This document shows, in pieces, positions 1 through 9,481 of a stretch of 64,000 nt of DNA. A model generated the notes under the pieces. The model did no database searches and had not been told where the DNA came from. It saw only the letters and a list, made by a program, of their open reading frames with translations. This DNA is from Candidatus Pacearchaeota archaeon (GTDB lineage: Archaea; Nanobdellota; Nanobdellia; Pacearchaeales; GW2011-AR1), in assembly GCA_016204145.1 (NCBI GenBank), contig JACQLK010000016.1, forward strand, positions 9,181 through 73,180, written 5' to 3'. Each line of letters opens with the position of its first letter. Position 1 is the stretch's first letter. Both the position numbers and the translations under genes were made by a program.

Positions 1-223
1 TAAATATGTCCGTTCTCAGCATATCTATGAAGAAAATCGGTATTCTCAAGATTAAAACAAGATTTATTTATCTTGTCGGATATTGAAACTCCTCGCTCTT
101 TTCTATTAAGATATCCTAAAATGGAGGAAGTGTCAAATAAAACAATCTTGTACGCCGAGACAAGCTCGTCAAGAGTTCCCTTTCGAAAAGTTTCATTTGC
201 TTGAGCCGTCTCCATCAAGTCCC

Positions 224-952
224 TTAAATCCAGCCCTTTTTAAAAATTCCGCTGTCTTTGATTTCAAAACTCATTTCTTTAATCGGCATGCTTCTGTGCT
301 TCAGCAAAATCGCCTTTCTTCTTTTGTTTTCAAGCTTTAATTCAATTATGCATTTGCTCCAATATTTCAAAAGGTCACCGCCGACGAAGTTGACTTTTTT
401 CTTCGCGCCGCTTTTTATTTCCTCGTCGGAAAGAAATCCGGAGTAAACCTGGTTTGTTATTATCACCGGAATTTCCTGTTTCCTTGAAATTTCGGCAAGC
501 GTCCTCATTTGCTCCGCCATCTTCCAATTTGTTTCCCGAATTTTGCCGTCGTCTTCTCTTGCTTCTCCGATACTCAGGCGGTAAAGCGTCGCCATTCCGT
601 CGACGACTATTAAATTTACGTGCTCTTTTTTCAGTTTGTCGAGCAATTGAGAAAAGCATTTTTTCTGCTCGTCAAAATTCGTCGGTTGAAGAAGGAGAAT
701 GTTTTTTAAAATCTTCTCGGAATTTTCCGCAGTGATTTGTTTCACTCTTTCGACGCTGAAACCTCCCTCGCTGTCTATGAAAATTATCTTGTTTCCTTTT
801 TTCGCCTGACTGCAAGCCGCAAGAATGCAAAAATTTGTTTTCCCGCTCCCGGGAGGCCCGGCAATCATCGTGATCACGTCTGTTTCATAGCCGCCGAAAA
901 GCCACTTGTTCAAATCAAAACTTCCGGTAGAGATTTTCTCCAATTTTTCCAT
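224..952 (-). CDS. radB: RadB-like RecA-family ATPase (DNA repair/recombination)
   Basis: 242 aa starting with STGSFDLNKWLFGG..GPPGSGKT (Walker A) and LIVVDG (Walker B); short RecA fold with no N-terminal HhH domain, as in RadB. Confidence 0.6.
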   Translation of the reverse strand: MEKLEKISTGSFDLNKWLFGGYETDVITMIAGPPGSGKTNFCILAACSQAKKGNKIIFIDSEGGFSVERVKQITAENSEKILKNILLLQPTNFDEQKKCFSQLLDKLKKEHVNLIVVDGMATLYRLSIGEAREDDGKIRETNWKMAEQMRTLAEISRKQEIPVIITNQVYSGFLSDEEIKSGAKKKVNFVGGDLLKYWSKCIIELKLENKRRKAILLKHRSMPIKEMSFEIKDSGIFKKGWI

Positions 953-1033
953 AAAAAAACACTGCTGGGAAATTAATAAGCATTGCCATTCCGCAACATA
1001 TAATTTTATAAATGAAAAACAGAAAGAAAAGTT

Positions 1034-1636
1034 ATGAATAAAGAATTGTTGATTAATGCGGTCATGTCAAGAAATCCGAAAAAAATTTTAAACAAGACCG
1101 AATGTTACGCTCTTTACGAATCCGGATTTTTTGGAAACAAGGCGCGGACATGGAATTCATACGAAGAAATTTTGAAAAGCGAATGGAAAGGCGGAGTTTG
1201 TATGCGTTCAAAAAAAGGGGTCTCAAGAAAAGAAGTCAGATACAATATTAAAATTGAAGATGTTCCGTTGCACATTGAACATTTCCAAAAGATTGGAATC
1301 CCGGAAGACATGATTTCATTCAACCAAAGCATGCCTGACAGAAATTTAATTTTGCAGGGGGAAGTCATGAACTATCAGGGAGGGATTTACCTTTTTGGAA
1401 CAATCCTTAAAAAACCGATGAATATCGCGCTGGCGGAAAAAAGCTTCATCCTTGAAAATGATGCGGCGGGACCGCTTCTTGAAAGCAGATTGAGCGCAGA
1501 GAGTTGTCGGGATTTGCAAAATCTCCTCGAAGTTTTCCCGGAGAGCGTCGTTGAATTCAGCGCATACTCTATTCCCGTCGGAAATCTCGCGGAAACGGGA
1601 AGGAACACCGTATTTTGGGAAGTGAGGAATTATTAA
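1034..1636 (+). CDS. hypothetical protein
   Basis: 200-aa ORF, no recognisable motif. Confidence 0.35.
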   Translation: MNKELLINAVMSRNPKKILNKTECYALYESGFFGNKARTWNSYEEILKSEWKGGVCMRSKKGVSRKEVRYNIKIEDVPLHIEHFQKIGIPEDMISFNQSMPDRNLILQGEVMNYQGGIYLFGTILKKPMNIALAEKSFILENDAAGPLLESRLSAESCRDLQNLLEVFPESVVEFSAYSIPVGNLAETGRNTVFWEVRNY

Positions 1637-1773
1637 TAAAAATTCTAGAAAGTAAAGTTTGTTGCTTCGCAAAATTCAGAGATTAGATTAATTCTGCCAA
1701 ATTTCTCGCTGAGAAAAAATTTAATCCAAAAAGAGTTTATCGCATCATCTATATCGTCATCGGTAATTTTTAT

Positions 1774-1836
1774 CACATTAATCTTCCCTTGGCGTAGCAC
1801 CTTAACGGAGTTTGGTGCGGAGCAATAAATATCCGA
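1774..1836. repeat. ~60-nt conserved motif (copy 1 of 2, inverted relative to 52752..52795)
   Basis: reverse complement gatatttattgctccgcaccaaactccgttaaggtgctacgcc matches 52752..52795 gatatttattgctccgcgcctgactccgtcgtggtgctccgc. Confidence 0.45.
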
Positions 1837-1983
1837 ACGAAGTGAAGCAAATTTTTTAATGGAATAAGTTTTGTTGTCAAATCAAATTTGTTTTCTTGGG
1901 ACGGGCCGGCAATTTCGCATCCCTTCGGTAAAAATAATTATGATTAAAATAAATTATCCTATCGTTATAGCGTCGGTTTTGCC

Positions 1984-2096
1984 AGTTAACATTGGCTTGT
2001 TGGAAGGGTGGGCGGGTGGGAACGAACCCAGGCGGGATTGGCGGTGGGATAAACAAAATGAGGGGTTGCGAGTAGTGAGCTGTGGACGGTGGGAGA
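1984..2096 (+). repeat. G-rich intergenic repeat, copy A (GTTAACA module + perfect G4 motif GGGTGGGCGGGTGGG at 2006..2020)
   Basis: agttaacattgg..gggtgggcgggtggg..ggcggg..ggtggg..gaggggttgcgag; G-rich island in AT-rich intergenic DNA, shares modules with copies at 12245, 18628, 24059, 29609, 30993, 42698, 52699, 52856, 54389, 62603. Confidence 0.6.
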
Positions 2097-2118
2097 GAAA
2101 AAATATTTTGGAATAAAT

Positions 2119-2814
2119 CTATTTTGTTCTGACCAGTTGCTCAAGCATTTTCTGTCCTTCAGGCAAACTCTTAGGAACAAATATTCTAAAATCAAAATCT
2201 TCAGGAAAATGTCCCCCTATTTCCAGATTTCCTCCTCCTGCAAAAAGACGTCCGTCATAGTCAACCCCGTCGTAATAATGGTCTGAAGTATAAGATCTTG
2301 GATTTAATCCCGCACTTACCTTAAAAATTTCATATCTTCCTCCTTCAACAAATTTCCCTACAGATTCTTTTAACTTTTTCATTTGCTCTTCTCCATTAAA
2401 TCCTTCAAAATAAACCATCTGAAATCTTTCCCTTGAAAAATTTGCCGGGTTGGATTCCAATTCATATGCTTCGGGTATAACTCCTCCATGCTGATCTTTT
2501 ATGTACCTAATATTTTTAACTCTTGGTTCTCGGTCTCCGCCATTAAAATCAAGACTATAATGGGGAATGATATTTTTATTCAAAATTCTTGAAAGATAAT
2601 TCCTATATTTGTCAAAATTTTTTTTGAAAGTTTGCTCGTCCATCCTTGAGAATTCAGATCTTTCCTTCCAGAACATTTCCATTTCTGGAACTTCCAAATA
2701 AACATTTGCTGCGACTCCTTTGTCAGAAAGTAAATTCGTTACAAGAAATCTTAGAAATTCGCTTCCTCCTGAATATTTATACTTGAATTCTTTCCAAGGT
2801 TCTTTTTGTGCCAT
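2119..2814 (-). CDS. hypothetical protein
   Basis: 231-aa ORF, Gly-rich C-terminus (GGGNLEIGGHFPEDFDF), no confident family. Confidence 0.4.
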   Translation of the reverse strand: MAQKEPWKEFKYKYSGGSEFLRFLVTNLLSDKGVAANVYLEVPEMEMFWKERSEFSRMDEQTFKKNFDKYRNYLSRILNKNIIPHYSLDFNGGDREPRVKNIRYIKDQHGGVIPEAYELESNPANFSRERFQMVYFEGFNGEEQMKKLKESVGKFVEGGRYEIFKVSAGLNPRSYTSDHYYDGVDYDGRLFAGGGNLEIGGHFPEDFDFRIFVPKSLPEGQKMLEQLVRTK

Positions 2815-2874
2815 GTTTTGGTTCTAATAGAAAAAGTAAAAAAAGATTATTTAAATATTTAGACAATAAATCAT

Positions 2875-3138
2875 CTACTTCATCCCCTTAAAGTCCTTTT
2901 CGATTTTTTCAAGCTCTTTTGTTATATCTGAAACAGCGTCGTTTATCGCTTTTTTCGCGCTCTTTCCCTTTGTTCTCACAAGAAGAACCGGGTTTTTAGT
3001 CGGATGTTCCCTTCTCCATGCCGCAAAATTCACGCCGGAATCCCTGTTCAAATAAACCCTTAAAATCTCGGCGATTGTCAAATCATCGACTTCAAACTCA
3101 ATCTCGTCCTTTGAACTCTTGAGAATTTTCAATTCCAT
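2875..3138 (-). CDS. rpoL: DNA-directed RNA polymerase subunit L (Rpo11)
   Basis: 87 aa, MELKILKS..EFEVDD..EHPTKNPVLLVRTKG pattern typical of archaeal RpoL. Confidence 0.65.
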   Translation of the reverse strand: MELKILKSSKDEIEFEVDDLTIAEILRVYLNRDSGVNFAAWRREHPTKNPVLLVRTKGKSAKKAINDAVSDITKELEKIEKDFKGMK

Positions 3139-3250
3139 AGGAAGAAATCCAAAAAGTTATTTATAAATTCTTCTGTTACATTGGAAAAGTTTATGTGTCT
3201 GTCTCAAAATTTCCGCGAGGCAGATAAAAATTTACAAGAGAAATTTATTT

Positions 3251-3856
3251 TTATTTCCCCTTGCTCAAATCCAAATAATCGTCATCGGAAGGCGGAGGCA
3301 TGTCCTTCACGTCGGAAATCTTCGCGTCTTGAATTAAATTGAAATCCGCTCTTATTATCGCGTTATCGGCGCCTTTTTCCGGCTTTCTCAGCCGTATTCC
3401 AAGATACTGCTCGATTTTTTTTATCAGCAACAAGCTTTTTTCCGGAACATAGCCGATTTCAAGCGTCTTTATCGCAATCTCCGGCTCCCTGAGCGCTTTT
3501 GCGAGCTGTTCTTGAGTCATCTTTCTTGCTCTTCTGGCGCGCATTATGACCCAGTGAAAATTCATTATAAGGGAATTCTTCAAACTAAAGTCCTCTTTGA
3601 GGTTTTGCTTGAAATTCCTTTCAACGATATTCCTCAACGTCACATCTTCCTGTTTTTGCGGTCTTGCGTACGGATTTCTCGCGACATTGACCTGCGGCTT
3701 CGGTCGGTTATCCTCTTCCGGCTTCGGGGTTCTTATTATCGGAATTTCCTCGACAATGGAGCATCTTCTGCAAACTTTCACTATCCCTCTTGAAGAAATC
3801 GCGTCAAACAAAATCGCCCTCTCATCCGAAACCCCGCACTTGAAGCATTCTGCCAT
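3251..3856 (-). CDS. MBF1-like transcription regulator (N-terminal Zn ribbon + C-terminal XRE-type HTH)
   Basis: CFKCG..CRRCS zinc ribbon then HTH segment MTQEQLAKAL..IKTLE. Confidence 0.5.
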   Translation of the reverse strand: MAECFKCGVSDERAILFDAISSRGIVKVCRRCSIVEEIPIIRTPKPEEDNRPKPQVNVARNPYARPQKQEDVTLRNIVERNFKQNLKEDFSLKNSLIMNFHWVIMRARRARKMTQEQLAKALREPEIAIKTLEIGYVPEKSLLLIKKIEQYLGIRLRKPEKGADNAIIRADFNLIQDAKISDVKDMPPPSDDDYLDLSKGK

Positions 3857-3908
3857 GAAAAAACATAATAGGCGTCTTTTTAATATTTTGTATTGTGAAA
3901 AATATTAT

Positions 3909-4199
3909 TTATTTTTCTTTAGAAACTAAATTCCTTAATAAACCGACTAATCCTCCGGCCGGTTTATTGCCTTTATTCCCGCTAATTCCCCTAACGACCA
4001 AATCAAATATAGTCAAACCAGTAGCTACTCCTAAAAGAAGAGATAAATTTTTGGAAGACATTTCATCAAACGAGTAAGCCGATAAAAAGGCAAGCCCGAC
4101 GGAGGAATACCAATGCTTTTTGTACCATCCCAAATATTCCTGTTGCAAATCAGAGGTATAATCCGATGTTCTATTAGTAATGTAATCTACTATGTCCAT
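3909..4199 (-). CDS. small membrane protein, hypothetical
   Basis: 96 aa with hydrophobic segments. Confidence 0.3.
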   Translation of the reverse strand: MDIVDYITNRTSDYTSDLQQEYLGWYKKHWYSSVGLAFLSAYSFDEMSSKNLSLLLGVATGLTIFDLVVRGISGNKGNKPAGGLVGLLRNLVSKEK

Positions 4200-4317
4200 A
4201 AAATTTCTTCGTTTTCAGATTTAAAAAGATTATGGTATAAGGGATTTGTTTAATAAAAAGATTTTGCTTAATAAGTCAAAAGAATTAAGGAGTTCTGAAC
4301 AAAGCTTGTGAAAAATA

Positions 4318-4971
4318 TCAATCCAAATATTTCCCTATTTCATCCGAAGATGCCGGCTCGTAAAACGCCTTTTTTTCATTGACAAAAATGACCGGCAATT
4401 CGCTTAAGTTGTATTTTCTCGTCAAATAAGAAAGCGATTCTATTTCCTGGTTTGCGGCAATCGGAATCAAAAGAACGTCGCCTCCTTTTTCATTTTTCAA
4501 ATCGTTCAAAATTTTTCCAAAAACGTTCTGTTTGGATTTTATTTCTATGTCTTCTGTCCCGTAATTGTACAAATAAACGGCCGTGTTCAGCTCGCCGCAT
4601 TTTTGCTTTATTTCAAGCGCGTTCATCCACAGCAACGTTCGAAGCAAATCGTATTTTCTGTGAATTGTTTTCATTGAATCCGTAAGTTCGCTTTTTGTGT
4701 CATATTTCTCGAGCTGCCTCGCTTCGCTGTAAATTTTGTCCGCAAAGCGGGTCGTCGCCTCCTTCAAATCCGCGCACGAAGTGAGATTGCTCTCAAACAA
4801 TTTTCCAAGCGCAAAAGAATCGTAAAGCGAAACCTCTGATTGATAAAACGCGACACTAACGCCGTCCGCCCTTAATTGCTCCATGTAAACGCCGAACACG
4901 AGCCCGAGCAAAAAAAACAAAATTGTGAGAAAAAGCGCCTGCCAAAAAACGTGTTTTTTGTTTTCCGTCAT
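4318..4971 (-). CDS. membrane-anchored hypothetical protein
   Basis: N-terminal TM helix (ALFLTILFFLLGLVFGV); co-oriented directly downstream of the GT2 gene. Confidence 0.4.
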   Translation of the reverse strand: MTENKKHVFWQALFLTILFFLLGLVFGVYMEQLRADGVSVAFYQSEVSLYDSFALGKLFESNLTSCADLKEATTRFADKIYSEARQLEKYDTKSELTDSMKTIHRKYDLLRTLLWMNALEIKQKCGELNTAVYLYNYGTEDIEIKSKQNVFGKILNDLKNEKGGDVLLIPIAANQEIESLSYLTRKYNLSELPVIFVNEKKAFYEPASSDEIGKYLD

Positions 4972-4983
4972 TTTATTTCTGTT

Positions 4984-6213
4984 TTACCTCCACGAATAAT
5001 TTCCCGTAAAAAATTTATACAGCGAAATGATGACCACTAAAGGCCTTAGCATTATGTATGTTAAAGAATAAAAAATCACGTTAAAAAATCCTTCCTTTTC
5101 GCGGATGTGCTCGTTGACTCTCTTCAATGCGAAAAAAACAAATGCCATTCCGAAGACAAAAAGAACAACTCCGAGAAAATTCAAGACGGACGGATTGAAA
5201 TTAACGTCTTCCATTGCGATTAAGACGGTTTGTGCGGCTATCGAATATTTCGTGGATAAATACCACAAAAGAATTTCCTGAAAAATCCTGTAAAAGAATA
5301 TTCCCAATCCGAAGACGCCGAGAACAAGGGATATTGAAAAAAATGGAAGAATAAACCAACCGAGCATTCCTTTCCTGAAAAAAGAATCCTTGTATTTCAA
5401 AATTGTCTGATATCCCCCGATGTTCCATCTTATTCTCTGCTTGAACCATTTTCCCAAAGTGTCGGGCGCGACCGTCGTGGATTTTGAAATAAAAGACATT
5501 CTCACGTCGTATCCTTCGTGAACCAAATGCCACGTCACTTCGATGTCCTCTGTCATGTTCTTCGCGTCAAAGCCGTTGATTTTTTCCAGCGCGGATTTTC
5601 TGTACAAAGCCAAAGGTCCTGGGGTGACGTAAATTGAATCCAGAAAATCAAGGAGTTTTCTTGAGAAGGCGATTACCTTGTATTCTATCGCCTGCATCTT
5701 TCTTAAAAAATTGTTCTGATTGCGGACAAGAATCCTCGTCGTTACAGCCCCGACTTTTTCATCGTTGAAAAATCCGGCCATTGAAGATATGGCGTGTTCG
5801 TCGGGATAGGAATCCGCGTCGACAACCCCGATGATTTCCCCTTTCGCAATTTTCAGTGCCTGATTCAGCGAGTCCGCCTTTCCCGAATTTTTCTTGTCAA
5901 AAACAATGACATTTTGGAATTTCCTTTCAAGTTTTTTTGCAATTTCCAGCGTCTTGTCCGAGCTACCGTCGTTTATTATTATCACTTCAACAATATTTTT
6001 ATAATTTGATTTCAGAACCGTCTCCGCCGTTTCTTCGATGCTGTCCTGCTCGTTGTAAGCGGGAATCAAAATTGAAACAGAATAATTTTTCCCGGGCGTC
6101 GGAACTGAAAAAATCTCTTTCCGGTTTTGCATGAACGTCAGGGTAAAAAGGGAAAGAAAGTAAAGCGTAATAAACATGTACGCCAAATAGATTGTTGTTA
6201 AAATTTCAACCAT
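4984..6213 (-). CDS. family 2 glycosyltransferase, membrane (cellulose/chitin-synthase-like architecture)
   Basis: ILIPAYNE..D..DAD motif region, N- and C-terminal TM segments. Confidence 0.75.
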   Translation of the reverse strand: MVEILTTIYLAYMFITLYFLSLFTLTFMQNRKEIFSVPTPGKNYSVSILIPAYNEQDSIEETAETVLKSNYKNIVEVIIINDGSSDKTLEIAKKLERKFQNVIVFDKKNSGKADSLNQALKIAKGEIIGVVDADSYPDEHAISSMAGFFNDEKVGAVTTRILVRNQNNFLRKMQAIEYKVIAFSRKLLDFLDSIYVTPGPLALYRKSALEKINGFDAKNMTEDIEVTWHLVHEGYDVRMSFISKSTTVAPDTLGKWFKQRIRWNIGGYQTILKYKDSFFRKGMLGWFILPFFSISLVLGVFGLGIFFYRIFQEILLWYLSTKYSIAAQTVLIAMEDVNFNPSVLNFLGVVLFVFGMAFVFFALKRVNEHIREKEGFFNVIFYSLTYIMLRPLVVIISLYKFFTGNYSWR

Positions 6214-6751
6214 TCTCTTGGCCCTTCATTTCTTTTAAAATTCCTTCCGATTCGGAAACATTGAAATAATTGTAAAAATCGTCGCTCAAAGAAAGTTCGT
6301 AAGTCCTTCCGGCCCTTTTCTTTTTTATCAGTCCCAAGTCGAAGAATTTTTTTATGTGCTCGTACGCCTTGTTGCTTCTTATTTTCGTGAGAACGCTCTG
6401 TTTCATCGGCTGTTTGTAAGCTATTATTGCGAGCGTCTCCTGCTCCGATTTTGAAAATTCCGCGCTTCCCGTCGCAAGTTTGTTTATTATTCCGGTAAAT
6501 TCCGGTTTGACGTCCATTTTCCACATTCCGCTTTTTTCAACAATTTCCATCGCGGAATCGTCTTTTTCGTATTTTTCCTGAAGTTTTTCTATGCATTCCC
6601 TTATGATTATCGGATTCAAATCGCTCAGCGAAATAAGTTCCGGCATAGAAAGAAATTTTCCCGCAATGAAAAAAATCGCCTCGACTTTTCTCAAATTCTC
6701 CTTTTCCTTCTCTTCTTCAATATCCTTCACGGCTTTTCCGGAAATTTCCAT
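6206..6751 (-). CDS. scpB: ScpB-like segregation/condensation protein (winged helix)
   Basis: LRKVEAIFFIAGKFLSMPELISLS pattern resembling ScpB N-terminal wH, size 181 aa. Confidence 0.5.
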   Translation of the reverse strand: MEISGKAVKDIEEEKEKENLRKVEAIFFIAGKFLSMPELISLSDLNPIIIRECIEKLQEKYEKDDSAMEIVEKSGMWKMDVKPEFTGIINKLATGSAEFSKSEQETLAIIAYKQPMKQSVLTKIRSNKAYEHIKKFFDLGLIKKKRAGRTYELSLSDDFYNYFNVSESEGILKEMKGQENG

Positions 6752-6782
6752 GATTTAAGAGAATCAGAGTGCTTAAAAAATC

Positions 6783-6998
6783 TTATCTTGAACAGCTGAA
6801 ATCAACGCCGCCGAAAAGATAATTCGGATTTCTTCCCTCTCTGTTCATTTGTTCGTTCAATCGGTTGACGTATTGCGCGCACGAATCCCTGTCGCTTCTC
6901 GCCTTATTTAAAGAACATCCGGAATAAAAGATAATTGAGGCGGCAAATAATGCGCATGTAAAATCTCTCGTTAAGTGTTTGTATTCCATGAAAATCAA
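6783..6998 (-). CDS. small lipoprotein-like secreted protein
   Basis: signal-like N-terminus ending ..FYSGCSL. Confidence 0.3.
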   Translation of the reverse strand: MIFMEYKHLTRDFTCALFAASIIFYSGCSLNKARSDRDSCAQYVNRLNEQMNREGRNPNYLFGGVDFSCSR

Positions 6999-7534
6999 TT
7001 CCCTCCCGGGTTTAAAATTGTAACTGAATCTGGCTCGGACAAGTGATTCCTCTTGAAAGTGTCGCTTATCGTAAAACTTAGGCAGGAAAGTTCGGAGATA
7101 TTAACAAGCCCTGCGGAATTATTTGGGTCAAATGCAAAATTTTCCCTCATCAAATCTATCTCGCCCCTGTCTGAACAGCTTGCATAAAAATTGAATCTTC
7201 CCGGAACTTTTTGATCGGAAAGAAGAACAATCGTCTTGAAAACCTCTTCGGAACCGGGATAGTAAATTTTTATTTTAAAATCAAAAGGATTTGCGGGATT
7301 CTTCTTAAAATAAAATTTTGTCATGGTTTTGAAAAAAGCGGGAAAAACGCCCGCACCAAGATATTGCCGAAGAACATCGTCTTTTGGCTTGATGTATTCG
7401 CCAAGCCCGCCGTATATTTCTCTCCCTTTCGGCTCGGGCATTTTGTCTCCGACTTTCAACTCGTCCGCGAATGCCGGAATTGACGCAAAAAGCGAAGCCG
7501 CCGCAACTAATGAAGCCAATGTTTTTCTCATCAA
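6995..7534 (-). CDS. secreted hypothetical protein
   Basis: signal peptide MMRKTLASLVAAASLFASIPAFA. Confidence 0.4.
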   Translation of the reverse strand: MMRKTLASLVAAASLFASIPAFADELKVGDKMPEPKGREIYGGLGEYIKPKDDVLRQYLGAGVFPAFFKTMTKFYFKKNPANPFDFKIKIYYPGSEEVFKTIVLLSDQKVPGRFNFYASCSDRGEIDLMRENFAFDPNNSAGLVNISELSCLSFTISDTFKRNHLSEPDSVTILNPGGN

Positions 7535-7585
7535 ATCGCAGAAGGGAAGAATTATTTAAATGTTGTCATTAAAGAATTAGGACAG

Positions 7586-7978
7586 TTACAACGCAATGTT
7601 GCATGGAGGAATTTTAAAAAGCAAATTCTCCCTATATTCTTCTATCCTGTCTATGTTTCCGTCAGAAACGAGATTATCCAGGTAAATTCTTCCTTTTTTG
7701 CCTTCATCAAATCTAAAAACCAGAAAGGGATATTTGCTTATTTTGCCGTTGCATTTCACATATCCCTCCGTGTCAAAAGTATCGGAAAGCTCGTCGCCGC
7801 CGTCATAAATAAAAGTATATCCTTTTGCTCCGTCAATTGACATCCATTCTTTTTTAAGGATTAAGTTTCCTCTTGCGCTAGGCATTTCTTCTCCGATTTT
7901 TCTCGGCTCGGCGCTTGCAATTAAAGGGGTTCCAAAAAAGACAGCTCCCGCAAGAATAAGAGAGAATAATTTTGTCAT
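7586..7978 (-). CDS. secreted hypothetical protein
   Basis: signal peptide MTKLFSLILAGAVFFGTPLIASA; N-terminal region similar to that of 6995..7534. Confidence 0.4.
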   Translation of the reverse strand: MTKLFSLILAGAVFFGTPLIASAEPRKIGEEMPSARGNLILKKEWMSIDGAKGYTFIYDGGDELSDTFDTEGYVKCNGKISKYPFLVFRFDEGKKGRIYLDNLVSDGNIDRIEEYRENLLFKIPPCNIAL

Positions 7979-8030
7979 AAGTAAACAAATCTATTCTCTT
8001 TTAAGGGATTGTTGTGCTGAAAAATATATT

Positions 8031-9116
8031 TCAAATCTTAAACCTAAGCAGTCCGCCCATTCCGGAAATGTTGAAAAACTGCTCTCCCTCTTTCGTCTCT
8101 GTTGAAACAACTTCAACGTTCGCATTTATATTTTCAGCCATTTCTTTCAATTCTCTCGCAATATTCTTGTCAAGATTTTTTGACAAAATCAGCGTGTTTA
8201 CCGCGCCGTATTGAAGCGCTTTTCTCAAATCATCTTCCTTGTAAACAGCCATGTCAGGTTTTTCGCCGAGCGTCTCAAAAAATTTCTCAAGAATCTTTTG
8301 TTCCTTGATAATTTCCTGATTTGCAAGAATCTCCCTTGACTTGGCAACAAGCTCTTTCAATCCCGACTCGTCCGCGTCTCCGAGATCAATCACTCCGATT
8401 ACCTTCTCTCTCAGTTTTGTCGGAAGATATTCCTCGTCGAGAAATTCATCCTTTGTCGGAATCGGTCCTCCGACGAGAATTCCTTTCAGCTTCGGCATTT
8501 CAAAAAATATTTTTTTCATTTCCTCGGCAACCCGTTTGTAAAATTCCTTCGTCAATCCTTCTGTGATGCGGTGAAATCTTTGGGACGATTGTCCTCCCGC
8601 TCTTACTTTTGACGGAACTCCCGAAGTCATCTTTTGAAGAAGCTCTATGCTCTTTCCCTCGAGCATTCCGATTGCCGCATCTTTCCTATCCATAACAAGA
8701 AGTCCGAAAACCTCGTCAACCTCAAGCATTTCCCTGAGCGGCTGAGTTATAAATTCCTTGTCGCATCTGTAAATCCTTGTCTTCAAAGGCATCGGCGGAA
8801 GAATTTCCCATAACTGCAAATCCTGCTGTCCCTCGTTTTTCGAGATGTTTCCGCAAAAAATCGCAACGCCGTTTTCAGGCGTTTTCTTATAACTTTTCAG
8901 TTGTCTCGCCACTTTATCAAGCGCGTCGCCGACATTTTTCCTCGTAGCCGTCGACTTTATGTTTTTCGCCGTCGATTTCTCCGCTTCCAATTGGTCGACG
9001 ACGCTGTAAATATTCTGTCCCGCGGGAACATAAACAGTTATCAATTCCGTCTGTCTTCCCCGATATTTTTCCAACTCGTTTAGGACGTCTTCAAGTTCTG
9101 TTTTATCCATGACCAT
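8031..9116 (-). CDS. prf1: peptide chain release factor aRF1
   Basis: NIKS motif (AKNIKSTATRK) and GGQ motif (RAGGQSSQRF). Confidence 0.85.
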   Translation of the reverse strand: MVMDKTELEDVLNELEKYRGRQTELITVYVPAGQNIYSVVDQLEAEKSTAKNIKSTATRKNVGDALDKVARQLKSYKKTPENGVAIFCGNISKNEGQQDLQLWEILPPMPLKTRIYRCDKEFITQPLREMLEVDEVFGLLVMDRKDAAIGMLEGKSIELLQKMTSGVPSKVRAGGQSSQRFHRITEGLTKEFYKRVAEEMKKIFFEMPKLKGILVGGPIPTKDEFLDEEYLPTKLREKVIGVIDLGDADESGLKELVAKSREILANQEIIKEQKILEKFFETLGEKPDMAVYKEDDLRKALQYGAVNTLILSKNLDKNIARELKEMAENINANVEVVSTETKEGEQFFNISGMGGLLRFKI

Positions 9117-9189
9117 ATCTAATAAATAAAAAGTTTGTTTAAATAATTAATCATATAAATGTTTATAAAAAAGAAAATCATTCAGCAAT

Positions 9190-9453
9190 ATGGTTAAAGG
9201 AATTGAATCCAAAGTCGCTGAAACAAGCAGTTTTTGGGAAGGATTTGACTGGTCGTTTGGATACATGCCAAATCCAAAAGAAGTTGTCGAAGCGGTTAGG
9301 CAATTACCTGAAGTAATGAGGGAAATAAGAGATAACAGATATGAAAGGCGGGAAAGAATCGGGTGTTTAACCGGAGCTGCACTTGACGTACTTGTGACAT
9401 ATGTCGCCCTGCCGGGTACAATTGGTCATATTATTTACGACATTTTCAAATAA
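9190..9453 (+). CDS. hypothetical protein
   Basis: 87-aa ORF in intergenic gap. Confidence 0.25.
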   Translation: MVKGIESKVAETSSFWEGFDWSFGYMPNPKEVVEAVRQLPEVMREIRDNRYERRERIGCLTGAALDVLVTYVALPGTIGHIIYDIFK

Positions 9454-9481
9454 TTTCAAAACAGACAGAAATCTTCTCAGA

